The translations under genes were made by a program, and so were the position numbers. A stretch of DNA of 64,000 bases, from NCBI RefSeq assembly GCF_009914755.1, contig NC_060937.1; one strand, 5' to 3'. Below, piece after piece: positions 1 through 17,232 of the stretch; positions within the stretch are counted from its first letter, which is position 1; every line of letters begins with the position of its first letter. The stretch comes from the human T2T-CHM13v2.0 reference genome, Homo sapiens. Under the pieces are notes generated by a model that did not search any database, was not told the origin of the DNA, and saw only the letters and a program-made list of their open reading frames with translations.

Positions 1-189
1 AGTAAAAAGTTCAAACATATAGAAAAACGGAACTAAATATTTGATGTTTCAAATAATAAAAATACTATCTTATGAGATTTATAATATATGTAGAACTAAA
101 ATACAAGATGAAAGAGCATGAAAGCCACAAGAAAGTGAATGCAACGAAAGAAGTATAAGGTTCTTCCATCAAAAAAGTACTAATTTATG

Positions 190-1740
190 TCTCTCATCAA
201 TTTAGATGCAAACATACTTAACCAAATATTAGCAAATGAAGCCAACCAATTATAAAAAGAATTTTACTTTGTGACCAAGTGAGGTTTATTCCAGGTATGC
301 AAGACTGGCTCAATATTTGGAAATAAATCAGTTTAACCCGTCAAATCAGCGAGCTAAACAAGAAAAATCATATGATCATAAAAATTGATGCAGAAAAAGC
401 ATTGGCAAAATCCAATGCTCAGTCAAGAGAAAAACTTCTTACAAGTCAAGAATAGAGAGTAGATTACTCCAACTTGAAAAATAGCCTTTACAGAAACAAA
501 CAAACAAACTTACAACTAATATTATTCTTAAGGATGAAAGATCGAATGCTTTCCCTCTTAGACTTGAAACAAGGCAAATATGTCTGTTCTCACCACTCTT
601 ATTCAAAATAGGGCTGGAACTAGCCAAGAAAAAGAAAAGGCATAAGGATTGGAAAGAAAAAAGTGAAACTTTTTATTTATAATTTTATTTATAGGAAGTG
701 CCAAGAAATTTATAAATATTCCTAGAAATAAGTGAATTCAGTAAGGTGTCAGTGTACAAGACCAACATACAAAAAAATCCATTTTATTCCTATACACTGT
801 CAATGAACAGGCAGAAACTAAAAATAAATATAATACCATTTATAATCACTCTAAATGAAATGCTTAGGTATTCACTTAATGAAACAAGGAGTGTATATAT
901 GCTGGAAGTTATAAAATTCCGATGAAGAAGCTGAAAGAAGATCTAAATAAACAAAAAGTCCTATCTTGTCCATTGATTAGAAGATTTAATATAGTAAGTA
1001 TATCAATTCTTCTCATATCTATCAGTTTAGTTTGGTTCCTGCCAATGCTCCATCAAAAGTTTTGTGTAGACACAGACAAGGCTACATAAAATTTATGTGG
1101 AAAGGAACAGACCCTAGAATAGCTAAAGCAATCTTTACAAATAATAAAAAGTTGGGGGAAATTACTCTATCCAATATTAAGTCTTACTATATGGCTACAG
1201 TAGTCAAGACAGTGCAATATTGGTAGAAGGGTAGACATACAGCTCAATGGAACAGAATAGGAAACCTAGGAACAAAGTCACACAAATATGTACCATTAAT
1301 TTTTAGGACAAAAAAAAAACAAGAAGTAGAAGAAAGATAGGCTTTAAAAATGACAAAATTTTGGAAATAAAGAGCAGATTAATATTTGCCAGGGATTAAG
1401 AACGGGGGTGGGAGCAACATGGAGAATTTTTGTGGCATTGGAACAGTTCCGTATTTTTATTGTGATGATGAATATATGAGCCTACACAGGTGATAAAATT
1501 ATATAGAATTTAATATATGGATGCAAATGAGCACAAGTTAACTGGGGACATCTAAATAAGATCAGCAGATTATATCAGTGTCAATATTTTGATTGTGACA
1601 TTATACTATAGTTTAGCAATATGTTATCTTTTTTAAAAATGGGGCAAAGAATACAAGGATTTCTCCATATTATTTCTTACAATTATTTCAACTGCATGTG
1701 AATATATGATTATTTCAATAAATATCTGATTTTTAAAAAA
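190..1740 (+). mobile_element. Old L1 (L1M/L1MC-like) ORF2 RT fragment plus 3' UTR
   Basis: Decayed RT coding sequence (gaccaagtgaggtttattccaggtatgcaagactggctcaat ~ [14 protein letters not shown]; attgatgcagaaaaagcattggc ~ IDAEKAF). ORF 1032..1226 resembles L1 ORF2 (KFMWKGTDPRIAKAIF). L1MC-like 3' UTR at ~1350-1740. Confidence 0.85.
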
Positions 1741-1759
1741 ATCAACCCAAAAAACAGAA

Positions 1760-3150
<1,391 letters not shown>

Positions 3151-3159
3151 GGTCAAATC

Positions 3160-3335
3160 CACAGCAGGTCCCAGGGCAGCCACTGCATTTGCTCTGAGAG
3201 ACGGTCCTGCTTAGATGACCTCACAGGAGAGAGCTTCCTACCTAACTTGAATTATTACATGAGAGAGAAACTGTATTCCATCTTGTGAAAAACCATTCTA
3301 ATTTTGAGTCTCTGTGTTACTATAGCTTAACCAAT
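3160..3335 (+). mobile_element. Old MaLR (MLT1-type) LTR 3' fragment
   Basis: tgagagagaaactgtattccatcttgtg...gagtctctgtgttactatagc resembles the MLT1 LTR 3' end. Confidence 0.5.
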
Positions 3336-3339
3336 GTAT

Positions 3340-5180
3340 TAAAAAACAGCAAAATTTGTCAAGCTTACCGTAAAACTAATATAGAAAGATTAATTGCATT
3401 TCTATGCTCTGGCAAGATACAGAGAGTATAACTTACAAAAAAAGTTAGATCTATAAAAATTGATACGTGGAATCAAAGCAAATTTAATAACAGAATTTTT
3501 CATGAAACTTGATAAATTATTCTAAAACTGCCATGAAAGAGCGAAAGGCCAAGAATTGCCAAGACTCACCTGAAGAACAAGGTGAGGGGGTTTAATTTAA
3601 AGATATCAAAAGTTATTATAAAACTGTAGCAATTTAATAATGTAACAATAGTACAGGAAAGGATACATAGGTCAATGGAAGACATTGAAATATTAGAAAG
3701 TGACCCATTCATACCTAGAAATCTGTTATACAATGAGCAAAGAACTATAGAGCAAAGGAAGAAAGGTGAACTCTTCAATAAGCTGTGCTTGGGTTATTGG
3801 TTACCCATATGGAAAAAAAGTAAAATTTCTATTTCACACTATACTAAAAACTTTATTGCAGATATTTAAAATATATTAATATAAAAACACTAAAAATTTT
3901 TAGAAGGAAATATAGGAGAGAAATTTCATGGCCTCGTGAAGGGAAATTTTTCTTAAGAAAGACACAGAAAGGCAAAATCATCAAGGAAAAGATTAATACT
4001 TCTCCTTTGCTTAAATTAGAAACATCTGTTCATCAAAGGACATCATTAAAAAGCAACAAGACACCACAATTCTGGGAAAAATGTATAAAGCCAACAAAGG
4101 ATTTGAGCCTGTGAAAAATAACCACCTATAAGTCAATAAGAGGAAAACAAACAATTTAGTAGAAAATGTGGGCAAAGACAGATAAACTTTTCTTACAAGA
4201 AAAAACAAAAGGCCAAGAAATACATGAATATATACCTAGCCTCACTGGTAATATGAAATACAAAATTAAGACCATGGTCAAGTAGGATTTTCCATCCACT
4301 AGATTGTCAAACATTAAAACACTGAAGGCTGGGTGCAGTGGCTCACACCTGTAATCCCAGCACTTTGGGAAGCCAAGGCGGGCAGATAACCTGAGGTCAG
4401 GAGTTCAAGACCAGCCTGGCCAATGTGGTGAAACCCCGTCTCTACCAAAAAATACAAAAAGTAGCAAGACTTGGTGGTGGGTGCTTGTAATCCCAGCTAC
4501 TTGAGAGGCTGAGGTGGGAGAATCACTTGAACCAGGGAGGCAGAGGGCAGTGAGCTAAGATGGTGCCAGTGCACTCCAGCCTAAGTGACAGAGTGAGACC
4601 CTGTCTCAATGTAAACAAAAACAAAGCACACTGGAGACTATTAAGAATTTTTTAAGAAATACCTTATATGCAATGGATGGAAGTGTAAATTGGTATAACC
4701 ATTTTGGGAAGCAAGTTGTATTGTCTTGTAAAATTGAGTATCAATTTTTGGCATGGGAATTGAGCTACTATAATACACTCTCAAAACCCTTGACTATGTT
4801 CACCGTTTATAGAAGCATTAATTGTAGTAGTGATGAACTGGAAACAACAAAAATTACTACTTTGAGAATGGATAAAGTACGATAAGATGGAATAATTTAT
4901 GGCAGTGAAGATTAGTGAACCATAACTACCAATGTCAACATGAATTAATTTCAAAAACATAATGTTGGGAAAAAAATCCACAAATCATAGGAGTGATGAG
5001 GGGAATATAATAGGGAAAGACACCCAGGAGTTCACCAATTTGGTATTCCTTGATTTCTTAAGCTTAGTGGTAGGTGGTTCATGTTCATTTTATCATTGTT
5101 TATAATAATACATGTATAGATTATACACATTGTATATGTTTGTATTGTATTATACATAAAAATGAATAAAATAAATAATC
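3340..5180 (+). mobile_element. Old L1M (L1ME/MC-like) ORF2 3' part and 3' UTR, interrupted by Alu
   Basis: ORF 3675..3869 resembles L1 ORF2 (LFNKLCLGYWLPIWKK); 4673..4885 resembles the C-terminus (GSVNWYNHFGK); ends in an A-rich tail near 5178. Confidence 0.75.
4327..4625 (+). mobile_element. AluS (Sx/Sz-like), full length
   Basis: ggctgggtgcagtggctcacacctgtaatcccagc...acctgaggtcaggagttcaagaccagcctggcc; two arms, decayed A tail, CpG decay. Confidence 0.93.
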
Positions 5181-5506
5181 AGTAGTTTCAGGTCTGTGAC
5201 ATGTAGTTAGGTAAAAAGTTAGACAGGAACACATGTCATCAGACGACTTCATCCTCAGTTTGCTCTGCAATTTATTATGACATGATATGAAGAAAACTCA
5301 GTGTGTGATGTTCCCTTATGTTGACCTAATGATATTTATGTTGCAAAAGTATATAAAAGGCAGCCTCTTGGATGTTTTAGACGAAATTTGCTATTGATAA
5401 GGGTTGAAGATGTTGAATGGGCTGGGGCCTCTTCATCATTTCTCCTGTTTGCCTGACGGATAATGTTCATCCACTGAGAGCAGTTAATCTCAAATCCCTC
5501 AGAGGG

Positions 5507-5858
5507 TGTCTTAGTCAGCTCGTGCTGCTATAACGAAGTATCACAGATGGGGTGGCTTAAACAGCAGATGTCTATTTCTCACAATTCTGGAGGCTGGGAA
5601 GTATGAGGTCAAGGTGCCAGCAGATTTTATTTTTGGTTTACTGACAGCTATATTCTCCCTGTATTGTCACATGGTGAAGATAGAAAGAGTGTCTCCCTCT
5701 TTCTGTAAGAGTGCTAATTCCATCGTTGGGGCTTCACCTTCATGACCTCATCTAAATCTGATTACCTCCCCAAGACTCCACCTCCAGATACCATTACATT
5801 GGGAATTAGGGCTTCAACATATACATTTTAGGGGGATGTAAACATTCAGTCTATAACA
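5507..5858 (-). mobile_element. MLT1A-type MaLR solo LTR
   Basis: TG...CA ends (tgtcttagtcagctcgtgctgctataac ... ttcagtctataaca), 352 bp, near-perfect 5-bp TSD gaggg/gagga. Confidence 0.85.
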
Positions 5859-6374
5859 GAGGAATTGGACAAAGTCACAAATTCTTTCTATAAATATTGT
5901 CCTGGGTAGCTACTGTCAACTAACCAAAGTTAACTCTCAAACCGGAACTCATTTGCCTTCACTATACTAGACCACAATTTAAGACTAACCACCATGCTGG
6001 ACCACATATGTGTAAATGGAGGAGTAGTTTTGCTTTAGTTATTCTAAGTTAAGAGCCAGAACAAATGAAGAAGTTACAAAAAGGTAAAATCTGGAAGGAA
6101 TAAACCCCCAAAACCAACCCTTTCATTGTTTACATTTTTGACATAAAATTTACATACAGTTAAATGTACAAATATTAAGTATCTACCTTGATATGTTTTG
6201 ACAAATACATAAATACATGTGTCTCCCATAAACTTTCAAGTCACAGACTTTTCCATCCACCAGAGAGCTTCCTGGAGATACTTCCCAGTTAATCTCCTCA
6301 CTTTTCTATTTCTCATCACAAATAAATAGTTTTACCTATAGGAGAACTTTATATAGAGAATCGTATGGTATGTT

Positions 6375-6575
6375 CAGTAATCTCCCATTATCTGTGGTTT
6401 GCTTTCTGCAGTTATCCTGTCAACTGCTGTCTGAAAATATTAAATGAAAAATTCCAGAAATAAACAATTTGTAACTTTTAAATTACATACCATTCCTAGA
6501 GGTCAATCAGGTTCGGTGGTGTCTGGGGTTTCAGGTCTTCAACCATATTTCCCGAGGATAAGGCAGGGATTACCA
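6375..6575 (+). mobile_element. MER44-type (Tigger7-derived) DNA transposon fossil inside L1
   Basis: Starts cagtaatctcccattatc..., has core gaaaatattaaatgaaaaattccagaaataaacaatt, ends ...ggataaggcagggattac (decayed TIRs). Confidence 0.75.
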
Positions 6576-8010
6576 TGTCTAGTTTCTTTCACTCAGGATA
6601 TTGGGTATGAGATTTATCCATATTGTTGTGTATTAAAAGCTCACCCCTTTTTCTTACAGAGTAGTATTTCTTTGTATGAATATATCACAGATTGTTTATT
6701 TGTTCTCCTGTTGATAGACATTTGTGTTGTTCCCAGTTTTGGGCTTTTATAAATAAAGCTGTTATGAACATTCATGTACTAGTTTATTTTGTGGACATGA
6801 GTTTTCATTCTCCTGGGTAAGCATCTAAAAGTGAGATGCAGGTCATAGGTAGATTTGTGTTTAATCGTATGGGAAACTAACAAACACTTTTCTAAATTGA
6901 TTGTTTCATTTAACACTACCCACCAGTCTATGAGAATTCTTATGCTTCACATTCTCATTAATATTAGAGGTTGTCAATATTTTAATTTTAGCCATTTCAG
7001 TTGGTGTGTAATAGCAGCCAATTGCTCAATTTAATATTTACTGGCTAATTTAATACGCATTTTCCTGATGACAAATTATGTCGAACACTTTTTCATGTGC
7101 TTATTGGTCAGTTGTATATCTTCCTTTGTGAAGAGTCTGCTTAAGTCCTTTGCCAATTTTTATTATATCTTTTGTCCAGATACATGTTTTGTGAATATTT
7201 TCTCTCAGTGTATGTTTGGCTGTCATATACTTCATGGTGACTTTTGGGAAGTATTTTTAAATTTTGATGAAGTTTAATATACAGATATTTTCATTAATGG
7301 TTTTTGCTTCCTTTTATTCTACCTAAAAAAAGTCAGCCTATGCCAAGGTCATGAAAACCCAAAATTTTTTTTAGATGTTTTATGTTTTGTATTTGTCTTT
7401 AGGTTTATTATCCATCTAAATTATTTTGGCTTGTGTGTTGTGAGGTGATGATCAACATTCGTTTTTTTTCTCAGCTGTATGCCAGTTGAAAAGATTATCC
7501 TTTTCCCAGTGAATTATGTTTTGTAGAAACAAAACATAACAATTGATGTTTTGTAGAAAATCAATTGACCTTATAACTGTGAGTCTATTTCTGAACTCTA
7601 TTCTGTTTTGTTGATCTATCTTCACGTTAAACCACCATATATTTATTATTGTAGCTTTATAGTAAAGTCTTGAAGGCATGTCGTATGAGTCTTTCATCTT
7701 TGTTCTTTTCGAAAAACGTTTTTGCTATTCTAGGTTCTTTGTACTCATACTTAAATTTTGAGTTAGCTTATATACATTTCTGTTTAACAATGCCTGCCAG
7801 AATTTTGATATGAGCAGCTTGAAGTGTAGAGATTAATTTGGGGAAAATTGACATCTAGTACTGAGTTTTCCAATCTATGAACATGATTTATCTCTCCATT
7901 TATTTAGGTCTTCTCTACTTTCTTTCAGCAATATTGTTTTTCAGTGTAGAGGTCTTACACAGTTTTTTATTAAATTTATTCCTGAGTATTGTATTTTAAA
8001 GAATACTCTG

Positions 8011-8032
8011 ATATATATGTGTATGTATATAG

Positions 8033-8073
<41 letters not shown>
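8011..8073. repeat. Compound (TA)n(GA)n microsatellite
   Basis: Directly visible AT run followed by an AG run. Confidence 0.95.
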
Positions 8074-9679
8074 AGCTTTAAAAATTATGTTTTTCAATTG
8101 TTTAAAAATAGAGAAATACAATTGGTTTTATAATTGTCCTTATATTCTATGACCTTGATAAATTTAATTATGGTAGATGTTTTGTAGATATTTTAGAATT
8201 TTCTATGTAGAAAATTACAGTCAATAAATAGAGACAGTTTTTCTTTTTAATTTTTTTTGCCTTATTACATTGACTAGGACCACCAATAAAATGTTGAAAA
8301 TAAGTGGTGAGAGTAGATATCCTTTCTTTCCTTTTTTTCCCAATCTTAAACATTAAATATTTCATTATTATTCACTATTATTTTAGCTTTAGGTTTTCTG
8401 TAAAATCCCTTTGTCATGTTGAGAAAGTTTCTGTTTATTATTAGTTTTGCTGAGAGCTTTTTACCAACAATGGATTTTCAATTTTATCAAATGCTTTCTC
8501 TGTATATATCACAGATCATATTTTCTTTTGCTGGTCTTTTGATATTATAAAAAACAATGATTGTATATTGAATGTTGAACTAAACTTGTGTTACTATAAT
8601 GGTCTTCATTTGGTCAAGATGCATTATCTCTTTTAAATATCCTTGGATTTTATTTGCCAGTTTTTTTTAAAGATATGTATATCTATATTCTTGAAGGATA
8701 TTGGTCTGTAATTTTTTTCTTGTTTTCATATCAGGCTGTAGACTGGCCTAAACAAGTTGTGAAATGTTTTCTCCTATATTTTCTGAAGGAGTTTATGTAA
8801 TATTACTATTGCTTCTTCTTCAGATGTTTAATAGAATTCACCGTGAATACGTGTAGATTTTAATATTTCCTTTCTGTTGCTCCTTCCTTTCTAAGATTTC
8901 CACCTCAATCTTTGAGCTTCCTCTGGCAACCTCAGTCTTTGAGCTTCTCAAGCTAATAAGATTATGGCTTTCTACTTGAGTTCTAGCCTGTCCATGCCAA
9001 ATGAGCAGTAGAGGACTTAAGTGAAAAGCCATATATATGTAAATTTTACCTTGTGCAGTTCCCTGTTTTGTTTTCAGTCCCCTCTCACCAGTTTTGTTTG
9101 TTTTTGATTATTCCCTAGTGCCTTCAAATAATGTTTTTATATTTATATTTTTCCAGAGTTTATGACTATGGGGAAAGTTTTGTCCAATATAAATATATTG
9201 CTTGGAAGTCAAATAAGTTTCTATCAGAAAAATGTTTTTAACCCCTAAAGCCAACCTATCATTTGAAGTAGCTTGCTGCATGAAGTAGTGAGCCAACTGG
9301 ACCTGGAATGATCAACAGGGGCTATATTAGCAGTTAATTTATCAATAATAGTTATCACATAATAGACAGCACATGGTACTAATAAAAATGAGTTTTGGAT
9401 TAGATAAAAAATGGATTGGAGCTATTGTATTTATCCCTTCAAATTATGTCTGAAGGTCTGAATATTTCACTCTTGTAATCATAAAATACAGTATTTTAGG
9501 TACTTGTCAGATAATTTAACCTCAATTTGACTGCCATGAAGACTTATTAAAAGTTTTACTGAGAGAAGTTGCATTTATGTATTATTTTTAAAAGAAAATT
9601 TCAATTCACACAAAGGTTCATGGTCATCCTGAGGGTAATCCAGATATAATATTAATATACTGTCATGTTTATAAGTATA

Positions 9680-9890
9680 GGCCCTGGGGTTACACACTAT
9701 GGACTCTGCTACTCTTTACCTATGTGATCATGGGCAAAATATTCAAGTTTTCCATACCTGAGTTGTCTAATCTATAAAATAAGGATGAGAATAATAATCC
9801 TTATAAGCTTCTTATATTCAATGTATAATGCATGATAAGTGCTGAGAAAGTTTCTGACACATAAGGTATATTAAATATATATGTTATAAC
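9680..9890 (+). mobile_element. MIR SINE
   Basis: Core-like tatgtgatcatgggcaaaatattcaag...ctataaaataaggatgagaataata. Confidence 0.65.
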
Positions 9891-9984
9891 CACAGACCTC
9901 AATTCCTGAACCCAAATATGTTCTTATTTCATAGACCTGCTTTCCATTATGCTATCACTTTGCAGTAAGGGTCCTTAAAGAATA

Positions 9985-10135
9985 TCTTATAAACTTGTTA
10001 TTGTGAGTAGGTAATGACGTTATTGTCTCCATTTTGCACATGAGAAAGCAGATGCTTAGAGAGTTCTGTAATTGGTCCAAGGCCATTTTGTAATACTCAT
10101 ACCCAGACCTGCATGATTCCATGCTCTCCTGTTAA
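9985..10135 (-). mobile_element. MIR SINE
   Basis: ctccattttgcacatgagaaagcagatgcttagagag...gtccaaggcc. Confidence 0.6.
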
Positions 10136-10491
10136 CCATGAGGCCATGTTTTATTTGGCCTGACCAATCTCAAGCACGACAGAGCACTGACTGGCTTGCT
10201 ATGCATCTACAAATACTCAGTTTTTTTAGTTCACACTCATTTTCTTATGACTTTAATGATGTGGCTTAGCTCTTCTGTTCAGGGTCAAAACATGCATTTA
10301 AAGGGATTTCAGTGAACTAACATTAGGATAAACTCACTTTGACAGGTAGAAAATAAAATCACTACTATTGTTATCACTGTCATTATTGTCCCTGATAATT
10401 ATACATGTGATAGTAATGATACAGAATCATAGGGTTGGAAAGCCCATGAAATGACACTTAGTGTTTCTCCTACTTTAAACATTTGCAACAT

Positions 10492-10595
10492 CAGATGACC
10501 CACTGTCCAGGTTCGTGCAGGAGTTTCCCAGGATGGGATCTTCATTGCTAAAACCCTGAAGGCCCTGGGCAAGCTTGGACAAGCTGGTCCCATTA
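10492..10595 (-). mobile_element. MER81 (hAT-Blackjack MITE)
   Basis: ~105 bp imperfect palindrome matching recalled MER81 (tttcccaggatgggatcttcattgctaaaaccctgaaggccctgggcaagcttggac). Confidence 0.65.
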
Positions 10596-10699
10596 TAAAT
10601 GAATGCTAACCTTTCTTGCTTAGTTTTTGCCTTCTATCTTTGCACCAAACTGGGTGGAAGCAGATGCAGCTGGTTACCATTTAAAAAATAATAACCCCT

Positions 10700-11010
10700 C
10701 ACATATCTGAAGACTGTTGTCATTCTTTTCACTTTTATCCCCCCAGGCCAACTAATGGGACTTTACCAAGGACTCCCTTCACCTGGTATTTTACACTCAT
10801 GGATCAGGGGATGGAAAAGAGACATGATGCAAAAGCCCTGCCCAAAGGCGCTAAAGAAGGGAGTTCTAGTTCCTTTCACCTTTGCCCATAGGCCTTGTTT
10901 TCCAACCCTTTAATTATCTGTATTGATTTGCTTTGAACATTGTGCTAATTCAACATGTCCCTTGTAATTTGTGGAAACCAGAAATGTGCACAATATTTAA
11001 CTGTGAAGTG
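10700..11010 (-). mobile_element. CR1/L3 LINE fossil, RT C-terminal region
   Basis: Minus-strand translation KYCAHFWFPQITRDMLN*HNVQS ~ CR1 [23 protein letters not shown]; an L3/MIR3-like 3' end lies at ~10420-10460. Confidence 0.7.
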
Positions 11011-12709
11011 ACCATGCCATGCTGTATAAAGTAAGATCCCACAGATGCTCTGAGGACCCCTGAGGAGATGTCTGAGGAAGTACTTCTACTTTTCTATTTG
11101 TTATGTCTGCTTTGCAACCATTTTAAACTCTCTCCATACCATAGCAGATTTCCAGCTTGCCTGGAAGCCCTGTATGACACTTGCAGTAAGAGCTCATCAG
11201 TACCAAGACGGAGATTTGTGTTACAAGGAGAAGGACTATTCATAAACCGCTCAGCCTTGTGTTAATCTCTGTGGTTTGAAATTAGAAAATTATACTTGAT
11301 CTTTCATTTGTAAATACTTTTCAGGACAAAAAATGAACCGCGAATATTCCATTATTCTAACCATCCCCTCTTCCAATTTGCCATCTGCCTTTTATTAAAT
11401 TGCATTTGGACTACTTTCTCTAGAAAAAAAATTCTACCCTTGCCAATTGCTGTCTCACATACATTAGTTTAGGAATTCAAGCCCATGTCATAGTCACCTT
11501 GTTCCTTGATTCAGATCTTTTCACCATTTAAACATAGAAAATATTTCTTTGGAACAGGCGTTTAGAAATACCTAGGAAACTCCAGCAGCTTACAAAGAAA
11601 TGAGTTTACTTTGTGTTTCTAGATTAAGCTCTGGAAATACGTAACCATTTAGCATTTTGTTTTTGAAATACAGTATCATCATTTATGGTCTAGACACCAC
11701 AGACAGCTGTTCAAATTAAATTCAAATGGGCCTTGTTTCTGCTATATTTATTTAAGATGTCTAGCTAAATATCTGAGTAATCTTGGCTTGAGTCCTTAAA
11801 CAGGGATTAGAAAATTCCAATTGTTGGTTTTCTTTTCTTTCAAGCTGGATGCTAATGGAACTTTCCTACAAAAGTTGGGTTATTTTAAGTAAAAAATGTT
11901 GTTGTTTTTTATTTCCTCTTCTTTATATGGCAGCCAGTCGGCCTTGCCAAAAATTTAGGGAAAATTAATAAAAAATGAATGTAAATGGAAGTTTATCTTG
12001 AAATAAAATCTCTTTTAAAAATAAATGTTTGGATTTCCCTTCTCCCTGTTGACCACATTGTATGGTGCCACATTGGAAACTATAGCTTTCATGTTTGAGA
12101 AAACTACATCATTTAAATTAAAAAAATTTATTTTAAAAATATTTTTTCTGTTCTACTCATTGACACATATTTGTGTAAATTTCAGTAGACCTGGCAATAT
12201 CATTAGAGTCGAGATGTTTTAACTTGCGTTGCTAGTTAATTTATCAAAGAATAGTAAAAATTTGGATATGTTTTAATACTTCAGCATATAACCATAAAAA
12301 CACATTTCTGGGTGGTGTTACGTTTAAGAATGATTCCACATTAATTTACATCTGCTTCTAAAGCATTAGGAACTATAAAGTTATACATGCATTATAATAA
12401 GATTATCTCATATATTTGGATAAATAGAGGCTTGTAATTGACACCTTTCCTTTTGCATCGTAAGAGAGAAAGAGAATCAGTCCAGGATTTTGCAATGCCA
12501 GCACATACTTTTGTTTTGTTATGAAATAACTGTTTTTTGCCTGAAATCAGGCAAGCATAGCCATTTTGTGTTTCCTATGCCCTGAGGGGGGGAAATTTTC
12601 TATCTCTGATGTAATTAAATTTTTCCTTGTGGTTTTGGTTCTCATTGTTGGGGGGAAGCAAGTAATTATTTCTGATGAGTATGATTAGTTCCACACATCT
12701 GCAATAATG

Positions 12710-12845
12710 CTTTTATTTTTTTGAAATAAGGCATAACTTAAATACAGTGAAATTCACTCTTTTCATTGTACAGCTTTGCTACAAAAGCATACAATCGTGA
12801 AACAACTCCCACAATCAAGATACAGAACAATTTCACTACTTGCTT
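12710..12845 (-). mobile_element. L1M 3' end fragment
   Basis: T-rich tail then cataacttaaatacagtgaaattcactctttt...cacaatcaagatacagaacaatttc. Confidence 0.6.
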
Positions 12846-13009
12846 GTCTATTTTTAATATGTAAATTAAAAGAAGTCCAGCACTTTCAACAGACACGTTT
12901 GGGCTGAGTGGTTCAGGTACATGAACAAGGACAAAGAAGCCTAAAGGGTTAATCCATCCATTTTCTTATTAATCTTATCTTTGTGGTTATAATTGTGATG
13001 ATGATGGTT

Positions 13010-13250
13010 ACAAATCACTGAGGCTATTTATGTGGCATGCACTGTGCTAAGCACTTAATATGCATATTGTATTCAACTGTATTAATAATCCAAGAGCTTT
13101 CACACACATTTTATAGACTAAACAAATCTTAGATCCAGGGAGATTAAGTAACCTTCCCTCTATCACATGGCCAGAAAGTGGTAGAGGTGGGATTTGTACT
13201 CCTATGATTGCTAAGTATGTGTTCTTAAACCAGGACATTATTCTACCTGG
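13010..13250 (-). mobile_element. MIR SINE
   Basis: gcactgtgctaagcact...gagattaagtaacctt...cacatggccagaaagtggtagaggtgggatttg. Confidence 0.75.
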
Positions 13251-13369
13251 CTTTCAATGATGCCAGTGGTATTTAAAGGACTTGATCTTTTCTTGCTGTT
13301 CCTGATCCAACATTCATGAACAATTGATAAGTCATTGAACTATGTTGAAATTACTATCCTCACTAGATT

Positions 13370-14420
13370 AACTAAGTAATTCAACATGTATTTATTGAAT
13401 GCTTACAATATGCTAGGCGATGAGTATATAACAGTAAGTAAAAGAGACAAAATTTCCTGCCCATTTGGAACTTTATTGTTGACAATGAACAAAATTAATG
13501 AGTACAATATACAGTATGAATGTGGATTATATAGTACTATGGAAAAGGAAAAGCTGAAAAAGTGGGTAAGAAATTGAGGGAATGTTTCCATTTTTGTCAT
13601 GTTGATCACTGAAAAGCTGTCATCTGAGTAAATACTTGAAGAAGGAGGGGAAGTAAGCCCTTTGGACATCTGAGGGAAGAATGTTCCAGGCAGAGGGAAG
13701 CAGGAAGACCAGTTAGAAGGCTTTTGCAACCACCCTGATGAGAGCTGATGGTGGTTCAAATGAGTTGTTGGAAGAGGAGGTGTTGAGAAGTGGCAGGATT
13801 TTGGATATATTTTGAAAGTAGAGCACTCATCATCTGCTGATGGAGTGGATATGGGTTGTGAAACAGATTGAGAAATTAATGATGGATCTAGGGTTTTGAT
13901 CTAAGCCTGGAATTGGCCAACAATGGCCCATGGGCCAAATCTGGCTTATGATCTGTTTTTGTATGACCCAGAAGCTAAGAATGGTTTTAACATTTTTAAA
14001 AAATGTTCAAAAAAACCCCACAAATAATGTGCATCAGAAGCCGTACTCTCTAGACTTTTACTGAAAAATTTCTGTGACCACTGGTGGAAACACTGAAAAA
14101 ATATATGTATTATCAACTGAGATAAGAAAAACTGGGGCAAGAGTAACGTTTAAGGAGGAATATTAAAAATTGAGCTTTCAACATGGTGAGTTTGAGATAC
14201 CTAGCAGACACTCAGGTGGCACTGAATTTCTGAGTTGAGAGACAGAACCTATGCTAGAGGTAACATTCCAGACTCACCCATGTAAAGATAGAATTTCAAG
14301 CTGTGATTTAGATGGATAATCAAAAAAGTAAGAGTATATAGAAAATAGAAGGGAAATTCAAAAGGTGAACCCTAGGATGTGCCAGCAAGAAGATGTGAAG
14401 GAGATACAAGAGAAAAATAA
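13370..14420 (-). mobile_element. L2 LINE 3' portion
   Basis: L2 3' end attcaacatgtatttattgaatgcttac; ggacatctgagggaagaatgttccaggcagaggg; ggattttggatatattttgaaagtagagc. Confidence 0.8.
13906..14084 (+). mobile_element. MER58 (hAT-Charlie) fossil inside L2
   Basis: ggcccatgggccaaatctggc...tgtttttgtatgacccagaagctaagaatggttttaacattttta...tttactgaaaaatttctgtgaccactg. Confidence 0.75.
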
Positions 14421-14745
14421 GAGACCCGAGTGTGGAGAAGCAGGAGATAATGGTACCCTAGAAAAAAGGAAATTCAATAGATCATGTGAGTTTTAGTTCT
14501 GGGAAAAATATGCACAGTTCATGTGCTTCAGAAGCACCTACATGGAGTGGAAACTTTGAAATTATTTCTTATTGGCAAGTTTGTAAAATATTTAAAATTG
14601 GAAACTGCTCATAAATGACACATCGGTAATTTATGGGATGTTAATCTGTAATATATAAACACATCACTGGATATTGCTTTGCTTGATGTTAATTATACAC
14701 AAACACATATAAAAAACCTTTTTCTCTTTTCATTTAAGTGTTTAG

Positions 14746-15291
<546 letters not shown>

Positions 15292-15809
15292 TAAAATTTT
15301 AGTGTATTAACCGAGAAAACTTTTGTATAAAAAGTTTCTACTATATAATGGAATTAAAAGAATAATCAGAGGATGAGGAAGGTAAAAATTAACCAGGATA
15401 CCAAAAATAATTAACATGTCTTTATTAAAAATAAAGTTTCTAGTTAACACACTGGAAATAAATTCTTTTTACCAATGGTTTCTGAATTTACCTAATCAAG
15501 ATAAACTATTAGCCCCACATTGAAGTTGGAATAGATGACCTCTACAGTTCCTTCAGCTCTAACATTCCCCACCACCTGCAGAAAGTATGAGATTCTATTT
15601 CGTTCAAATATGTAGTTTCTTTAAGAGATATTAATTATCCCAACAGATCAGAACATATCCTATTCTAAGCTTTTGGAGCTGCTACTACATGCTAACATGA
15701 AACTTTAATTTGAAAGTAAATTAAGTTGACTAAATAATGGAAATTGAATAATTACCCATTTAAAGTTTGAAGAAAAAGGTGAAAGATTTATACAATCTGA
15801 ATTTTTAAA

Positions 15810-17232
<1,423 letters not shown>

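Larger units (their letters stand above)
6120..8840 (-). mobile_element. Old L1M (L1MB/MC-like) 3' end and ORF2 fragment
   Basis: Antisense L1 3' UTR at ~6130; minus-strand ORFs 7452..7697 (LYYKATII..IDQQNRIE) and 8168..8365 are ORF2-like. Confidence 0.85.
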
